Assembly (NCBI GenBank): GCA_964450385.1
Contig: CAYVEC010000003.1
Span: 4,104-68,103, forward strand
DNA: 64,000 nucleotides
Origin: an uncultured Planctomycetales bacterium
GTDB lineage: Bacteria; Omnitrophota; Gorgyraeia; Zapsychrales; JANLHA01
Direction: 5' to 3'
Shown here in pieces: positions 47,567-56,648 of this stretch (position 1 is the stretch's first letter; each line of letters begins with the position of its first letter). The notes beneath the pieces are model-generated. The model was not told the DNA's origin. It was given only the letters and a program-made list of their open reading frames with translations, and ran no database searches. The translations under genes and the position numbers were made by a program.

Positions 47567-47722
47567 ATGGAGAAGAAGTCGGAATTTATCAAGAAGTTGG
47601 AGGAGAGCGACGACCCCGAGGACCGAGCCGACGCGATGGCTCTGAGTACGATATCGAGGGCGGGGAGAGAGCTCTTGAAGCAGCAGAAGAAGAAGAAACA
47701 GATGAGGCAGAAGAAGTCGTAG
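47567..47722 (+). CDS. Small hypothetical protein of 51 aa, highly charged
   Basis: [51 protein letters not shown]. Codon third positions are strongly GC, matching the genome, whereas the overlapping 82-aa ORF-track frame 47506..47754 is AT3-rich. RBS GGGAGG lies 11 nt upstream. Confidence 0.5.
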   Translation: MEKKSEFIKKLEESDDPEDRADAMALSTISRAGRELLKQQKKKKQMRQKKS

Positions 47723-47753
47723 ATCCTATCGATTGGGACAAGGAGGCGTATTG

Positions 47754-49034
47754 ATGGAAACTCATGGACGATATCATGACGAGACCCTTGCGGTCCATGC
47801 CGGGCAGAGCCCGGACCCCGCGACCGGGTCCCGCGCCGTGCCGATTTATCAGACCACGTCGTATGTTTTTGAGAATACCGATCATGCGGCGAGCCTGTTC
47901 GCGCTTCAGGCCGCAGGGAATATTTATACGCGCCTCATGAATCCGACGACCGATGTCTTGGAAAAACGGATCGCGGCCCTCGACGGGGGGATTGGGGCCT
48001 TGGCCACGGCGAGCGGGATGTCGGCGATCGTGGTTGCGATCCTGACCCTGGCCCAAGCTGGGGATGAGATCGTGGCGGCGAGCGCTCTTTACGGTGGGAC
48101 ACGCACGCTTTTTCAGTACACCTTTAAACGTCTTGGGATCACGGTGCGCTTTGTTGACCCGTCTGACCCGAAGAATTTCGCCGCGGCGATCACAGCCCGG
48201 ACGCGCGCCGTGTACGCGGAGGTCGTGGGGAATCCGAAGCTCAACGTTCTGGATATCGAGGCGGTCGCGCGGATCGCCCATGGGGCGGGGGTGCCCTTGA
48301 TCGTGGACAATACGGCCACGGTTTATCTCTGCCGGCCGTTTGACTTTGGCGCGGACATCGCCGTGTATTCCGCGACAAAATTCATCGGCGGTCATGGCAC
48401 ATCACTCGGCGGGCTGATTGTCGATTCCGGCCGGTTCGTCTGGGATCAAAAAAAGTTCCCGTATATTGCGGAGAATGATCCGAGCTATCACGGGATGAAT
48501 TTTGTCGAGGCCTTTGGCCCGGCCGCGTATCTCGCAAAGGCCAGGACGGGATTGCTTCGTGACATGGGGCCTGCGATGGCGCCCTTGAACGCCTTCCTGT
48601 TCCTCCAGGGGTTGGAAACACTGCATTTGAGGATGCCGCGTCATGCCGAGAACGCACGGACCGTGGCCGAGTTTTTGACCACGCATCCCCAGGTCGCCTG
48701 GGTCGTTTATCCGGGGCTGATCGGCAGCCCGGATAAGGCGCGGGCTGACCGGTATCTTGCCCGCGGGGCCGGGGCGCTCGTCGGTTTTGGCATTCGAGGC
48801 GGCAGGGCGGCCGGGAAAACGTTTATCGATCACCTTAAGTTGATTTCACATCTTGCGAATATCGGGGACGCGAAGACGCTCGCGATCCATCCGGCGAGCA
48901 CGACCCATCAGCAGCTCTCGGCTGAGGAGCAGATCGCCGCCGGGGTGAGCGAGGATTTTGTCCGTTTGTCCATCGGCATTGAGCATGTCGATGATATTAT
49001 CAAAGATCTTCAGCAGGCCTTGGCGTCAGTTTAG
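47754..49034 (+). CDS. metY: O-acetylhomoserine aminocarboxypropyltransferase (sulfhydrylase)
   Basis: PLP-dependent Cys/Met metabolism family with the Lys motif ([11 protein letters not shown]). Confidence 0.9.
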   Translation: METHGRYHDETLAVHAGQSPDPATGSRAVPIYQTTSYVFENTDHAASLFALQAAGNIYTRLMNPTTDVLEKRIAALDGGIGALATASGMSAIVVAILTLAQAGDEIVAASALYGGTRTLFQYTFKRLGITVRFVDPSDPKNFAAAITARTRAVYAEVVGNPKLNVLDIEAVARIAHGAGVPLIVDNTATVYLCRPFDFGADIAVYSATKFIGGHGTSLGGLIVDSGRFVWDQKKFPYIAENDPSYHGMNFVEAFGPAAYLAKARTGLLRDMGPAMAPLNAFLFLQGLETLHLRMPRHAENARTVAEFLTTHPQVAWVVYPGLIGSPDKARADRYLARGAGALVGFGIRGGRAAGKTFIDHLKLISHLANIGDAKTLAIHPASTTHQQLSAEEQIAAGVSEDFVRLSIGIEHVDDIIKDLQQALASV

Positions 49035-49069
49035 CGACGTTTTTCGGGGCACGACAGAAGGCATAGGTG

Positions 49070-52000
49070 ATGAAGGACAATCCGGCGACGCACAACCAAT
49101 ATCGATGGATCATTGTTCTTGGTGTGATTGTTCTTATCGGTGGATTGTTTGTTGCGCCTGGTCGTGCCGCGGGCCGTCATTATGAGATCGGCGTTCTGGT
49201 TGACCGCAGTCCCGAGGAGACGGTCTCTCAATGGGCTCCGGTCGCCTGGTACTTAAGCGAGCGCGTCCCCGGGGCCTCATTCTCCATTGTTCCTCTCTCG
49301 TACCAGGACGTTCGATCGGGCCTGGCCCAAGATTCCATTTCATTCGTTGTTGCCAATCCTGCCGTCTGCATTCAGCTGGGGTATTTTTACGGCGCTCGGC
49401 AGATCCTTTCGATTCAGGCCATTCATGACCATCAACCGCTCGGCGGATATGGGAGTGTGATCTTCGCCCGCTCTGACCGCGCGGACATCGTGGGACTTCG
49501 GGATCTGAAGGGAAAACGGATCGCGGCCGTGGCGCCGATGTCGATGGGTGGCTGGCTCTGGGCGATTCCTGAGATTCGGGCCGCAGGGATCGACGTTTTT
49601 GAGGATCTTGAGACGGTTGTTTTTGAGAATTCTCATGACCGCGTGGTGGCTGAGGTCGTGAACGGAAACGGCGACGTCGGGATTGTCCGGTCAGGGATCA
49701 TTGAGGCCATGGTCCGGGAGGGCCGTGTCCGGATCGATGAGATCAAGGTTCTCCAGGGGGAAACGCCTTTTAATGCGGACAGAGGCTATCCGTTTCTTCG
49801 GAGCACCCCGAGCCTGGCCCCTGAGTGGTCGCTCCTCATGATGCCCCAGGTGAGTGAAGAGGTGACCCGTGAGGTTGTCCGGGCTCTTTTGTCGAACCCT
49901 CCCATTGATACCGCGCGCGTTGAATGGACGGTCCCGCTGAACTATTCATCGGTGCGCGCCTTATTAAATGAAGTCCTGTCTCACGAGAGGGGGATCGATG
50001 AGGCCCTTTCGGTACAGGATGTGATGCGTTTTGTTCGGGAGTATTGGGCGGGGGTTGTGATTTTTTTCGCCGTCATGATCTTTTTGGCGGTGTCTCTCAT
50101 CCGCCGCACGCGGCTCAATCGGCAGCTTCGAATGTATCAGAAAAAACTTGAGGAGGACCTGGATAAATATCGAAAGAGCGAAGAGGCCCTCAGAGAATCG
50201 CGTCAGCTCCTTCAGCTCGTGCTCGACACGCTCCCGTCGCGGGTCTTTTGGAAGGATTGTCATTCGGCCTTTTTGGGCTGTAATAAGAGCCTGGCCCAGG
50301 ACTGCGGGTATGAAAGGCCCGAAGATATTATCGGCAAGACCGATTATGAGATGCCCTGGAGCCGGGAAGAGTCTGATCACTATGTGGCCGATGATCGGCG
50401 CGTGATGGAGATCGGTCAACCGCTTTTTAATATCATCGAGTCTCAGCGGCGGGCGGATGGGAGCCTGTCCTGGCTTCGGACGAATAAGGCTCCTCTCCGT
50501 GGGCCGAACGGTGAGATCATCGGGATCTTAGGATCTTATGAAGATATTACGGAGCAGCGCAAGGCCGATGAGGCGCTCAAGGCAAGTGAAACGAAATATC
50601 GGGAGCTGGTTGAATACGCCAATAGCATTATTCTTCGGATCCAAGTTGACGGGACCGTGACCTTTTTCAATGAATTCGCGCAGAGCTTTTTTGGATTTTC
50701 TCAAGATGAAATGGTTGGGAAGAATATTATTGGCCGCATTGTGGCCGATGACGTCTTGGGCCGTGAAGAATTGGCGAATATTATCCGGACCATGGAGGAC
50801 CATCCCGAGGCGTATTCATGGCATGAAAGCGAGAACCGCAAAAAGGACGGCGCTGCTGTTTGGGTCTCGTGGTCGAATCGCGGGATTTTTGGTGAGGATG
50901 GCTCTCTTCATGAGGTGCTCTGCGTCGGCACCGACGTCACCGAACGGCGCGCCATGGAGAAAGATCTTCGGCGGTTGTCCTATGCTTTGGAACAGAGCCA
51001 GAACGTGGTGATCATCACGGACACGAACGGGAATATCGAGTTCGTGAACCCGAAATTCGTTGAGGTGACGGGTTACACCGAGCAGGAGGCCCAGGGGAAG
51101 AATCCTCGATTTTTGAAGTCCGGACGGATGTCCGCGGCGACCTATCAGGAGTTGTGGGACACGATCGCGCAGGGGGGGACCTGGCGCGGCGAGTTGTACA
51201 ACCGCCGAAAGGACGGATCGTTGTACTGGGAGCGGGCCACGATATCAGCTGTTCGGGACCGTTTCGGGAAGGTCATGAGCTATTTGGCCATCAAAGAGGA
51301 CATCACCGAGCAAAAACGGCTTTTTCAGGACCTTCAGCAGGCCTTTGACCGGCTCAAGGAGATGGAGCGGATCATTAATCTTAGTCACGCGATCCTGTTT
51401 TTGTGGCGGCCGCAGGCCGACTGGCCGATCGATTTTGTTTCGGGGAATGTCACGGCCCTTGGGTATGCGCCGGAGGACTTTTATCGTCGAGAGTACACCC
51501 TTCGGTCGATCATCTATCCTGACGACCTCGCGACCTTTAAAGCTGAGGTCGAACATCAGTGGGCGAAACGTGAGCAGGAATTCTCCCATCAGTACCGGGT
51601 CCGAACCCGTTCGGGCGATGTCCGCTGGATGGAGGAATACACCTGGGTCACCTATGATAAGAAGGGCCAGCCCCAGAACTGTCAGGGGGTCGCGTTTGAT
51701 ATCACGGACCGCCGCCTGGCCGAGGACCGGATGCTTGAGGCTGTGAACATCAAGTCCGAGTTCATTTCGATCGTTTCGCACGAGCTGAGGACGCCCCTCA
51801 CGGCGATCAAGGAGGGGATCAATATTGTGGCCGAGGAAGAGGCCGGCGAATTGAATCCCAAACAAAAGGAGTTTTTAAATATTGCCCGTCGAAATGTGGA
51901 TCGGCTGGGGAAACTCATCAATGATGTCTTGGATTATCAACGTCTGGATTCCGGCCGGCTTGAATTCAATTGGGATGAGGGCGATCTCCGGGCGGCGATC

Positions 52001-52447
52001 ATGGAGGTCGTGAACACGATGCGGATCGTGGCGATGAATAAGGGGCTGGATCTTAGGGTCCATCTCCCCGGCGAATTGCCGCGGGTGCGTTTTGATTCGA
52101 ACCGGATCATTCAGGTTTTGAACAATCTGGTCAATAACGCCCTCAAATTTACAGAGCGAGGGATGATTGAAATCGAGGCCCGTCAGGAGGAGGGCTGGAT
52201 GTGCGTCTCGGTGAAGGATACGGGGATCGGGATCCGCTCGGAGGATATGCACAAATTGTTTCAAACCTTTAGTCAGATTCTGACCGGGTCTGACCGACGG
52301 ACCGGGGATACTGGCCTTGGTCTAGCCATTTCCAAAAAGATCATCGACCGCCACGGCGGTCGGATTTGGGTCCAATCGATGTACGGAGAGGGGAGCATTT
52401 TTTCATTTGCTCTGCCGGTTGTGAAGGCGCACCCCGAGGGGTTGTAA
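49070..52447 (+). CDS. Sensor histidine kinase with a periplasmic PhnD/SsuA-like solute-binding domain, a TM helix, about four PAS domains, HisKA and HATPase
   Basis: Signal/TM, a phosphonate-binding-like domain, a second TM (~aa 330), PAS repeats, the H-box FISIVSHELRTPLTAI and G-boxes. Confidence 0.85.
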   Translation: MKDNPATHNQYRWIIVLGVIVLIGGLFVAPGRAAGRHYEIGVLVDRSPEETVSQWAPVAWYLSERVPGASFSIVPLSYQDVRSGLAQDSISFVVANPAVCIQLGYFYGARQILSIQAIHDHQPLGGYGSVIFARSDRADIVGLRDLKGKRIAAVAPMSMGGWLWAIPEIRAAGIDVFEDLETVVFENSHDRVVAEVVNGNGDVGIVRSGIIEAMVREGRVRIDEIKVLQGETPFNADRGYPFLRSTPSLAPEWSLLMMPQVSEEVTREVVRALLSNPPIDTARVEWTVPLNYSSVRALLNEVLSHERGIDEALSVQDVMRFVREYWAGVVIFFAVMIFLAVSLIRRTRLNRQLRMYQKKLEEDLDKYRKSEEALRESRQLLQLVLDTLPSRVFWKDCHSAFLGCNKSLAQDCGYERPEDIIGKTDYEMPWSREESDHYVADDRRVMEIGQPLFNIIESQRRADGSLSWLRTNKAPLRGPNGEIIGILGSYEDITEQRKADEALKASETKYRELVEYANSIILRIQVDGTVTFFNEFAQSFFGFSQDEMVGKNIIGRIVADDVLGREELANIIRTMEDHPEAYSWHESENRKKDGAAVWVSWSNRGIFGEDGSLHEVLCVGTDVTERRAMEKDLRRLSYALEQSQNVVIITDTNGNIEFVNPKFVEVTGYTEQEAQGKNPRFLKSGRMSAATYQELWDTIAQGGTWRGELYNRRKDGSLYWERATISAVRDRFGKVMSYLAIKEDITEQKRLFQDLQQAFDRLKEMERIINLSHAILFLWRPQADWPIDFVSGNVTALGYAPEDFYRREYTLRSIIYPDDLATFKAEVEHQWAKREQEFSHQYRVRTRSGDVRWMEEYTWVTYDKKGQPQNCQGVAFDITDRRLAEDRMLEAVNIKSEFISIVSHELRTPLTAIKEGINIVAEEEAGELNPKQKEFLNIARRNVDRLGKLINDVLDYQRLDSGRLEFNWDEGDLRAAIMEVVNTMRIVAMNKGLDLRVHLPGELPRVRFDSNRIIQVLNNLVNNALKFTERGMIEIEARQEEGWMCVSVKDTGIGIRSEDMHKLFQTFSQILTGSDRRTGDTGLGLAISKKIIDRHGGRIWVQSMYGEGSIFSFALPVVKAHPEGL

Positions 52448-52473
52448 GGCGGGCGTGGCGTGCGAGGTGCCTC

Positions 52474-52839
52474 ATGGCGAAAAAAATTCTTTTGATCGAT
52501 GATGAGCCGGATGTCCAGCAGGTGATCAGTTTTCGCCTTGAGAAGGCCGGCTATGAGGTGATCGTCACGGACCGGGCCGCAGAGGCTCTGGATCTCGTGC
52601 CCCGTGAACGGCCTGACGTCATTCTCCTCGATGTCATGATGCCCGGTGAGGATGGTTTTGAGGTGTGCCGTGAGATCAAGACCCGCCACCCTCACCAGCG
52701 GGTGATTATCTATACCGCGAAGATTGAGGGCGTTGATGCGGCGCGCGCCCGGGCGGTTGGGGCGGATGGGTTTACGGTGAAGACCGCGGATCTTGCCTAT
52801 ATCCTGGAAGCGATCGAACGGGCCGGAGGCCCCGAATAG
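52474..52839 (+). CDS. Single-domain response regulator (CheY-like receiver)
   Basis: LLIDDEPD, the D at LLDVMMPG and a K at the end, 121 aa, directly downstream of the HK. Confidence 0.85.
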   Translation: MAKKILLIDDEPDVQQVISFRLEKAGYEVIVTDRAAEALDLVPRERPDVILLDVMMPGEDGFEVCREIKTRHPHQRVIIYTAKIEGVDAARARAVGADGFTVKTADLAYILEAIERAGGPE

Positions 52840-52927
52840 GTGAGATAAAGCATAGAAGAATTTCTTTGATTTTGTGCCGAGTTCCTGCTTTTTAGCGGTC
52901 TTTTTTGAGTCGTAAAACCCCCATAGC

Positions 52928-52971
52928 TACGTATAATTACGTATTGACACACTAGATATAGTGTGTATGAT
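52928..52971 (+). promoter_or_regulatory. nrdDG promoter with two NrdR-box-like palindromes
   Basis: Box 1 tacgtataattacgta and box 2 ACACTAGATATAGTGT have centres 21 bp apart. Box 2 fills the spacer between -35 TTGACA (52944) and -10 TATGAT (52966). Confidence 0.55.
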
Positions 52972-53033
52972 GGGTATGTCAGATGTAATCACACCATATC
53001 ACGATATCGCTCACCAGGGAGAAGGAGGAAGAC

Positions 53034-55142
53034 GTGGGACCAACGATCACCATTACAAAAATCATCAAGCGCGACGGCACCTCTGAAGATTTTAATTACC
53101 AAAAGATTACGCATGCTATTTTAAAGGCCGGTTGCGCGACGGGAGAGTTCGATGAGCCGATCGCGAAGAATCTGACCCTCCGGGTCTTGAACATTATTCA
53201 TCAGATGATGACGGAGGAGCCCCCGACGGTCGAGCAGATCCAGGATATTGTTGAGGAGGTTCTGCTTACGTCGCCCTATCGGAAGACCGCGAAGGCCTAC
53301 ATCATCTACCGCGACCAGCATTCGAAGATCCGCGAAATCACGTCACGGAGCCAGGTGGGACTCGTCGACCAGTATCTTGACAAGCTTGATTGGAAGGTCA
53401 ACGAGAACAGCAATATGTCCTATTCGTTACAGGGGCTTAATAATTATATCTCGACGGAGGTCACGAAGATCTATTGGCTCAATAAGATCTATCCGCCTGA
53501 GGTCCGCGAGGCCCATGTTAACGGGGATATCCATGTCCACGACCTTGGGCTCCTGAGCGTGTATTGCGTGGGCTGGGACCTGCAGGACCTGTTGATGCAG
53601 GGATTTCATGGTGCCTCAGGAAAAATGGAATCCTCGCCGGCCAAGCATTTCCGCACCGCCCTCGGGCAGATCGTGAATTTCTTCTATACCCTCCAGGGGG
53701 AGGCCGCGGGCGCGCAGGCCTTTTCGAACTTTGACACGCTCCTCGCGCCGTTCATTCGTTACGATAACCTTAAATATGTGGATGTGAAACAGGCCCTGCA
53801 GGAGTTTGTCTTTAATGTCAATGTTCCGACGAGAGTCGGGTTCCAGACGCCGTTCACGAACCTGACCCTTGACCTGAACGTGCCGTCTCATCTGGCCGAT
53901 CAGGCCGTCATCTACGGCGGGGCGTTACGGGCCGAGACGTATAAAGATTTCCAGGCGGAGATGGATGTGCTCAATAAGGCCTTCCTTGAGGTGATGCTCG
54001 AGGGGGATGCCAAGGGCCGGGTCTTTACCTTCCCCATCCCGACGTATAATATCACGGAGGACTTTGACTGGGACAACCCGAACCTTGAGCTCCTCTGGAA
54101 GATCACGGCGAAATATGGCGTGCCGTATTTTGCCAATTTTGTGAATTCTGATATGAGCCCCGACGATGCCCGGAGCATGTGCTGCCGGCTTCGTCTGGAT
54201 AACCGAGAGCTGAGAAAGCGCGGGGGCGGCCTCTTCGGGGCCTCGCCGCAGACCGGCTCCGCGGGGGTCGTCACGATCAATCTTCCGCGCCTCGGCTACC
54301 TGTCGAAAAATTCCGAGGAGTTCTTCGCGCGCCTTGAGAAACTCATGGATGTCGCCAAGGAGAGCTTGGAGATCAAGCGCAAGGTCCTTGAGGAGTTCAC
54401 CGAGAGCGGGCTGTATCCGTATTCGAGGTATTATCTCCGGAATATCAAAAAGCGATTGAGTCAGTACTGGCAGAATCATTTTTCCACGATCGGTCTTGTC
54501 GGGACGAATGAGGCCTGCCTGAATCTCTTCGGTGAGAGCATCTCGACGGAGAAAGGACAAAAGTTCGCGGGTGAGGTCCTGGATTTCATGCGCGAGAAGC
54601 TCGTCCGCTATCAGGCCGAGACCGGGAGCAACTATAATCTCGAGGCCACGCCGGCCGAGGGGGTCAGCTACCGCATGGCCAGGATCGACAAGGATAAGTA
54701 TCAGGACATCATCTGTGCGAATGAGTCCGATTACCAGAATGGGAAGGAACCGTTCTATACGAACTCGACCCACCTCCCCGTGAATTATTCCGATGACATC
54801 TTTGAGGTCCTCGATATCCAGGATGGGCTGCAGACAAAGTACACCGGAGGGACGGTCCTTCACATTTTTGTCGGCGAGCGGATTCAGGACCCCGAGGCCT
54901 TAAAGCAGTTCGTTCGGACCGTCTGTCAGAAGTATCGTCTGCCGTATTTTACGATCAGTCCGACGTTCAGTGTCTGCCCGAGCTGCGGGTATGTCGCCGG
55001 TGAGCACGCCCTCTGCCCGAAATGCGAGGACGAGTGCGAGGTCTATTCGCGGGTCGTCGGATATCTTCGGCCGGTCAAGCAGTGGAATAAGGGCAAGCAG
55101 GAGGAATTCTGCAAGCGAAGGACATTTCGGGTATGCGGATAG
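53034..55142 (+). CDS. nrdD: Anaerobic ribonucleoside-triphosphate reductase (class III)
   Basis: N-terminal ATP-cone, the C-terminal Zn ribbon CPSCG..CPKCE and glycyl-radical motif SRVVGYL. GTG start after GGAGAAGGAGGA. Confidence 0.9.
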   Translation: MGPTITITKIIKRDGTSEDFNYQKITHAILKAGCATGEFDEPIAKNLTLRVLNIIHQMMTEEPPTVEQIQDIVEEVLLTSPYRKTAKAYIIYRDQHSKIREITSRSQVGLVDQYLDKLDWKVNENSNMSYSLQGLNNYISTEVTKIYWLNKIYPPEVREAHVNGDIHVHDLGLLSVYCVGWDLQDLLMQGFHGASGKMESSPAKHFRTALGQIVNFFYTLQGEAAGAQAFSNFDTLLAPFIRYDNLKYVDVKQALQEFVFNVNVPTRVGFQTPFTNLTLDLNVPSHLADQAVIYGGALRAETYKDFQAEMDVLNKAFLEVMLEGDAKGRVFTFPIPTYNITEDFDWDNPNLELLWKITAKYGVPYFANFVNSDMSPDDARSMCCRLRLDNRELRKRGGGLFGASPQTGSAGVVTINLPRLGYLSKNSEEFFARLEKLMDVAKESLEIKRKVLEEFTESGLYPYSRYYLRNIKKRLSQYWQNHFSTIGLVGTNEACLNLFGESISTEKGQKFAGEVLDFMREKLVRYQAETGSNYNLEATPAEGVSYRMARIDKDKYQDIICANESDYQNGKEPFYTNSTHLPVNYSDDIFEVLDIQDGLQTKYTGGTVLHIFVGERIQDPEALKQFVRTVCQKYRLPYFTISPTFSVCPSCGYVAGEHALCPKCEDECEVYSRVVGYLRPVKQWNKGKQEEFCKRRTFRVCG

Positions 55143-55822
55143 GCGGGTTTCAGAAGGTTTCGTTTATTGATTATCCTAAAAAAGTTGCAGCCGTGGTCTT
55201 TGCCCAAGGCTGCAACTTTCGTTGTTCGTTTTGTCATAATACCGAGCTCGTTCTGCCGTCGTGTTTTTCGGAGCCGCTGGACGAGCATGAGATCCTGGCC
55301 TTTTTGAAGACGCGGGCCGACAAACTCCAGGGGGTCGTGATCACCGGCGGGGAGCCGACCCTTCAGGGCGATCTGCCCGCGTTCATGCGCGCCGTCAAGG
55401 CCATGGGGTTCGCGCTGAAACTCGATACGAACGGCAGCCGTCCGGACATGATCCGTCGGCTCCTTGATGACCAGATCGTTGATTTTATCGCGATGGACCT
55501 GAAGGCCCCGCTTGCCCGTTATAAGGAGATGGTCGGGGTCGAGGTGAACACTGCGCTCCTTCGCGAGAGCATCCGGATCATTAAGGATTCGGGGATCGAA
55601 TTCCAGTTCCGAACCACGCTCGTCAAGCCGCTCATCGATCCGTCTGAGATCGCCGATATTCAGGCCTTGATCCCTGATGTCTTGGACCATTACCTGCTTC
55701 AGGCCTTTGTCCCGCGCGAGAATGTCCTTGATGTCAGGCTCCTTGATCAGGGGCATTACTCTGATGAGGAGTTCGCGGATATCCGCTCGATTTGGCAGAC
55801 GGCGGCGGTGAGCCGGGTCTGA
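55133..55822 (+). CDS. nrdG: Anaerobic RNR activating protein (radical SAM)
   Basis: CNFRCSFCHN radical-SAM cluster motif. Overlaps the nrdD 3' end. Confidence 0.9.
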   Translation: MRIGGFQKVSFIDYPKKVAAVVFAQGCNFRCSFCHNTELVLPSCFSEPLDEHEILAFLKTRADKLQGVVITGGEPTLQGDLPAFMRAVKAMGFALKLDTNGSRPDMIRRLLDDQIVDFIAMDLKAPLARYKEMVGVEVNTALLRESIRIIKDSGIEFQFRTTLVKPLIDPSEIADIQALIPDVLDHYLLQAFVPRENVLDVRLLDQGHYSDEEFADIRSIWQTAAVSRV

Positions 55823-55856
55823 ATGAATTCATGTGCTAAGGATTTTATTTCAGGAT

Positions 55857-55882
55857 GAGGGGACGATGTCCCCTTTTTTGTT
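55857..55882 (+). terminator. Rho-independent terminator after nrdG
   Basis: aggggac-gat-gtcccct hairpin followed by TTTTTTG. Confidence 0.6.
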
Positions 55883-55923
55883 TGATGAGGGTCTGTATCG
55901 GAGAGAGGGCCCTCAGAGAGATT

Positions 55924-56403
55924 TTATGCGGCAGCCGGCGCGTCATCCGTGCTGGCCGCGGGTTTGGGCCGCAGGGCCAGTTTTTTGACGTCTTCGAGAA
56001 AGACAGGGGTATCGACGGGTTTACGGTGAAAACAATCGACGCCCGAGACCAGGAACGAATCTTCGGTGTTCTTTCGAGAGGTGAGGATCAGGACAGGGAT
56101 GTTTTTCGTCTCGGCGTTCTTCTTGATCTCCTTGAACAGGCTGAACCCGTCCATCTGGGGCATGAGGAAATCAGAGATGATGAGGTCCGGCAGACCTCCC
56201 TGAGAGAGCCGGGTCCATGCCTCGGTGCCGTTCTCAGCCGTCGCGACCTCAAAGCCGACATCGAGGAGGAGTTTGTTGAGAAGCGAGACGGTCGTGGGAT
56301 CGTCATCGACGATCATGACCCGCTTGCCTTGGCCGAATTTCTGGTTCGCCTCAGGTGCGGCGATCGGCTCGTTCGCTTCGGTATTTTTCTGTTCGTCTGA
56401 CAT
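55924..56403 (-). CDS. Orphan single-domain response regulator (receiver)
   Basis: VMIVDDDP, DLIISDFLMPQMDG and TSRKN receiver motifs, 159 aa with an Ala/Pro-rich C-terminal tail. Confidence 0.8.
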   Translation of the reverse strand: MSDEQKNTEANEPIAAPEANQKFGQGKRVMIVDDDPTTVSLLNKLLLDVGFEVATAENGTEAWTRLSQGGLPDLIISDFLMPQMDGFSLFKEIKKNAETKNIPVLILTSRKNTEDSFLVSGVDCFHRKPVDTPVFLEDVKKLALRPKPAASTDDAPAAA

Positions 56404-56648
56404 AGATAGATTGTCTTATAAACCCGGGCCTTTGTCAACTCCCGGCATGGATTTTTTAGGCCGACCGGATGGCGTTTTTCACATGTGACCGGCCGCGGGC
56501 CGCGTTTGACCCCCAAATCGACTTGCTTTTTTTAGATAGAGGTATATAATGAAGTCCATTATTTCAAGGATCTGATGGTCTTGCCTAAAAGACGATCCGA
56601 ATTAAGTTCATTTTTTAGCCGATTGATTACAAAAGGGAAGGAAGAACA

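Noticed and set aside
47580-47660. SAM-I riboswitch-like stretch (TTATCAAGAAGTTGGAGGAG...GACCCCGAGGACCGAGCC) upstream of metY.
   Set aside because: The region shows strong genome-typical GC3 codon bias in the frame of a 51-aa ORF with an RBS. It is too short for P1-P4, and no 3' P1 strand (GATAAGA) is present.
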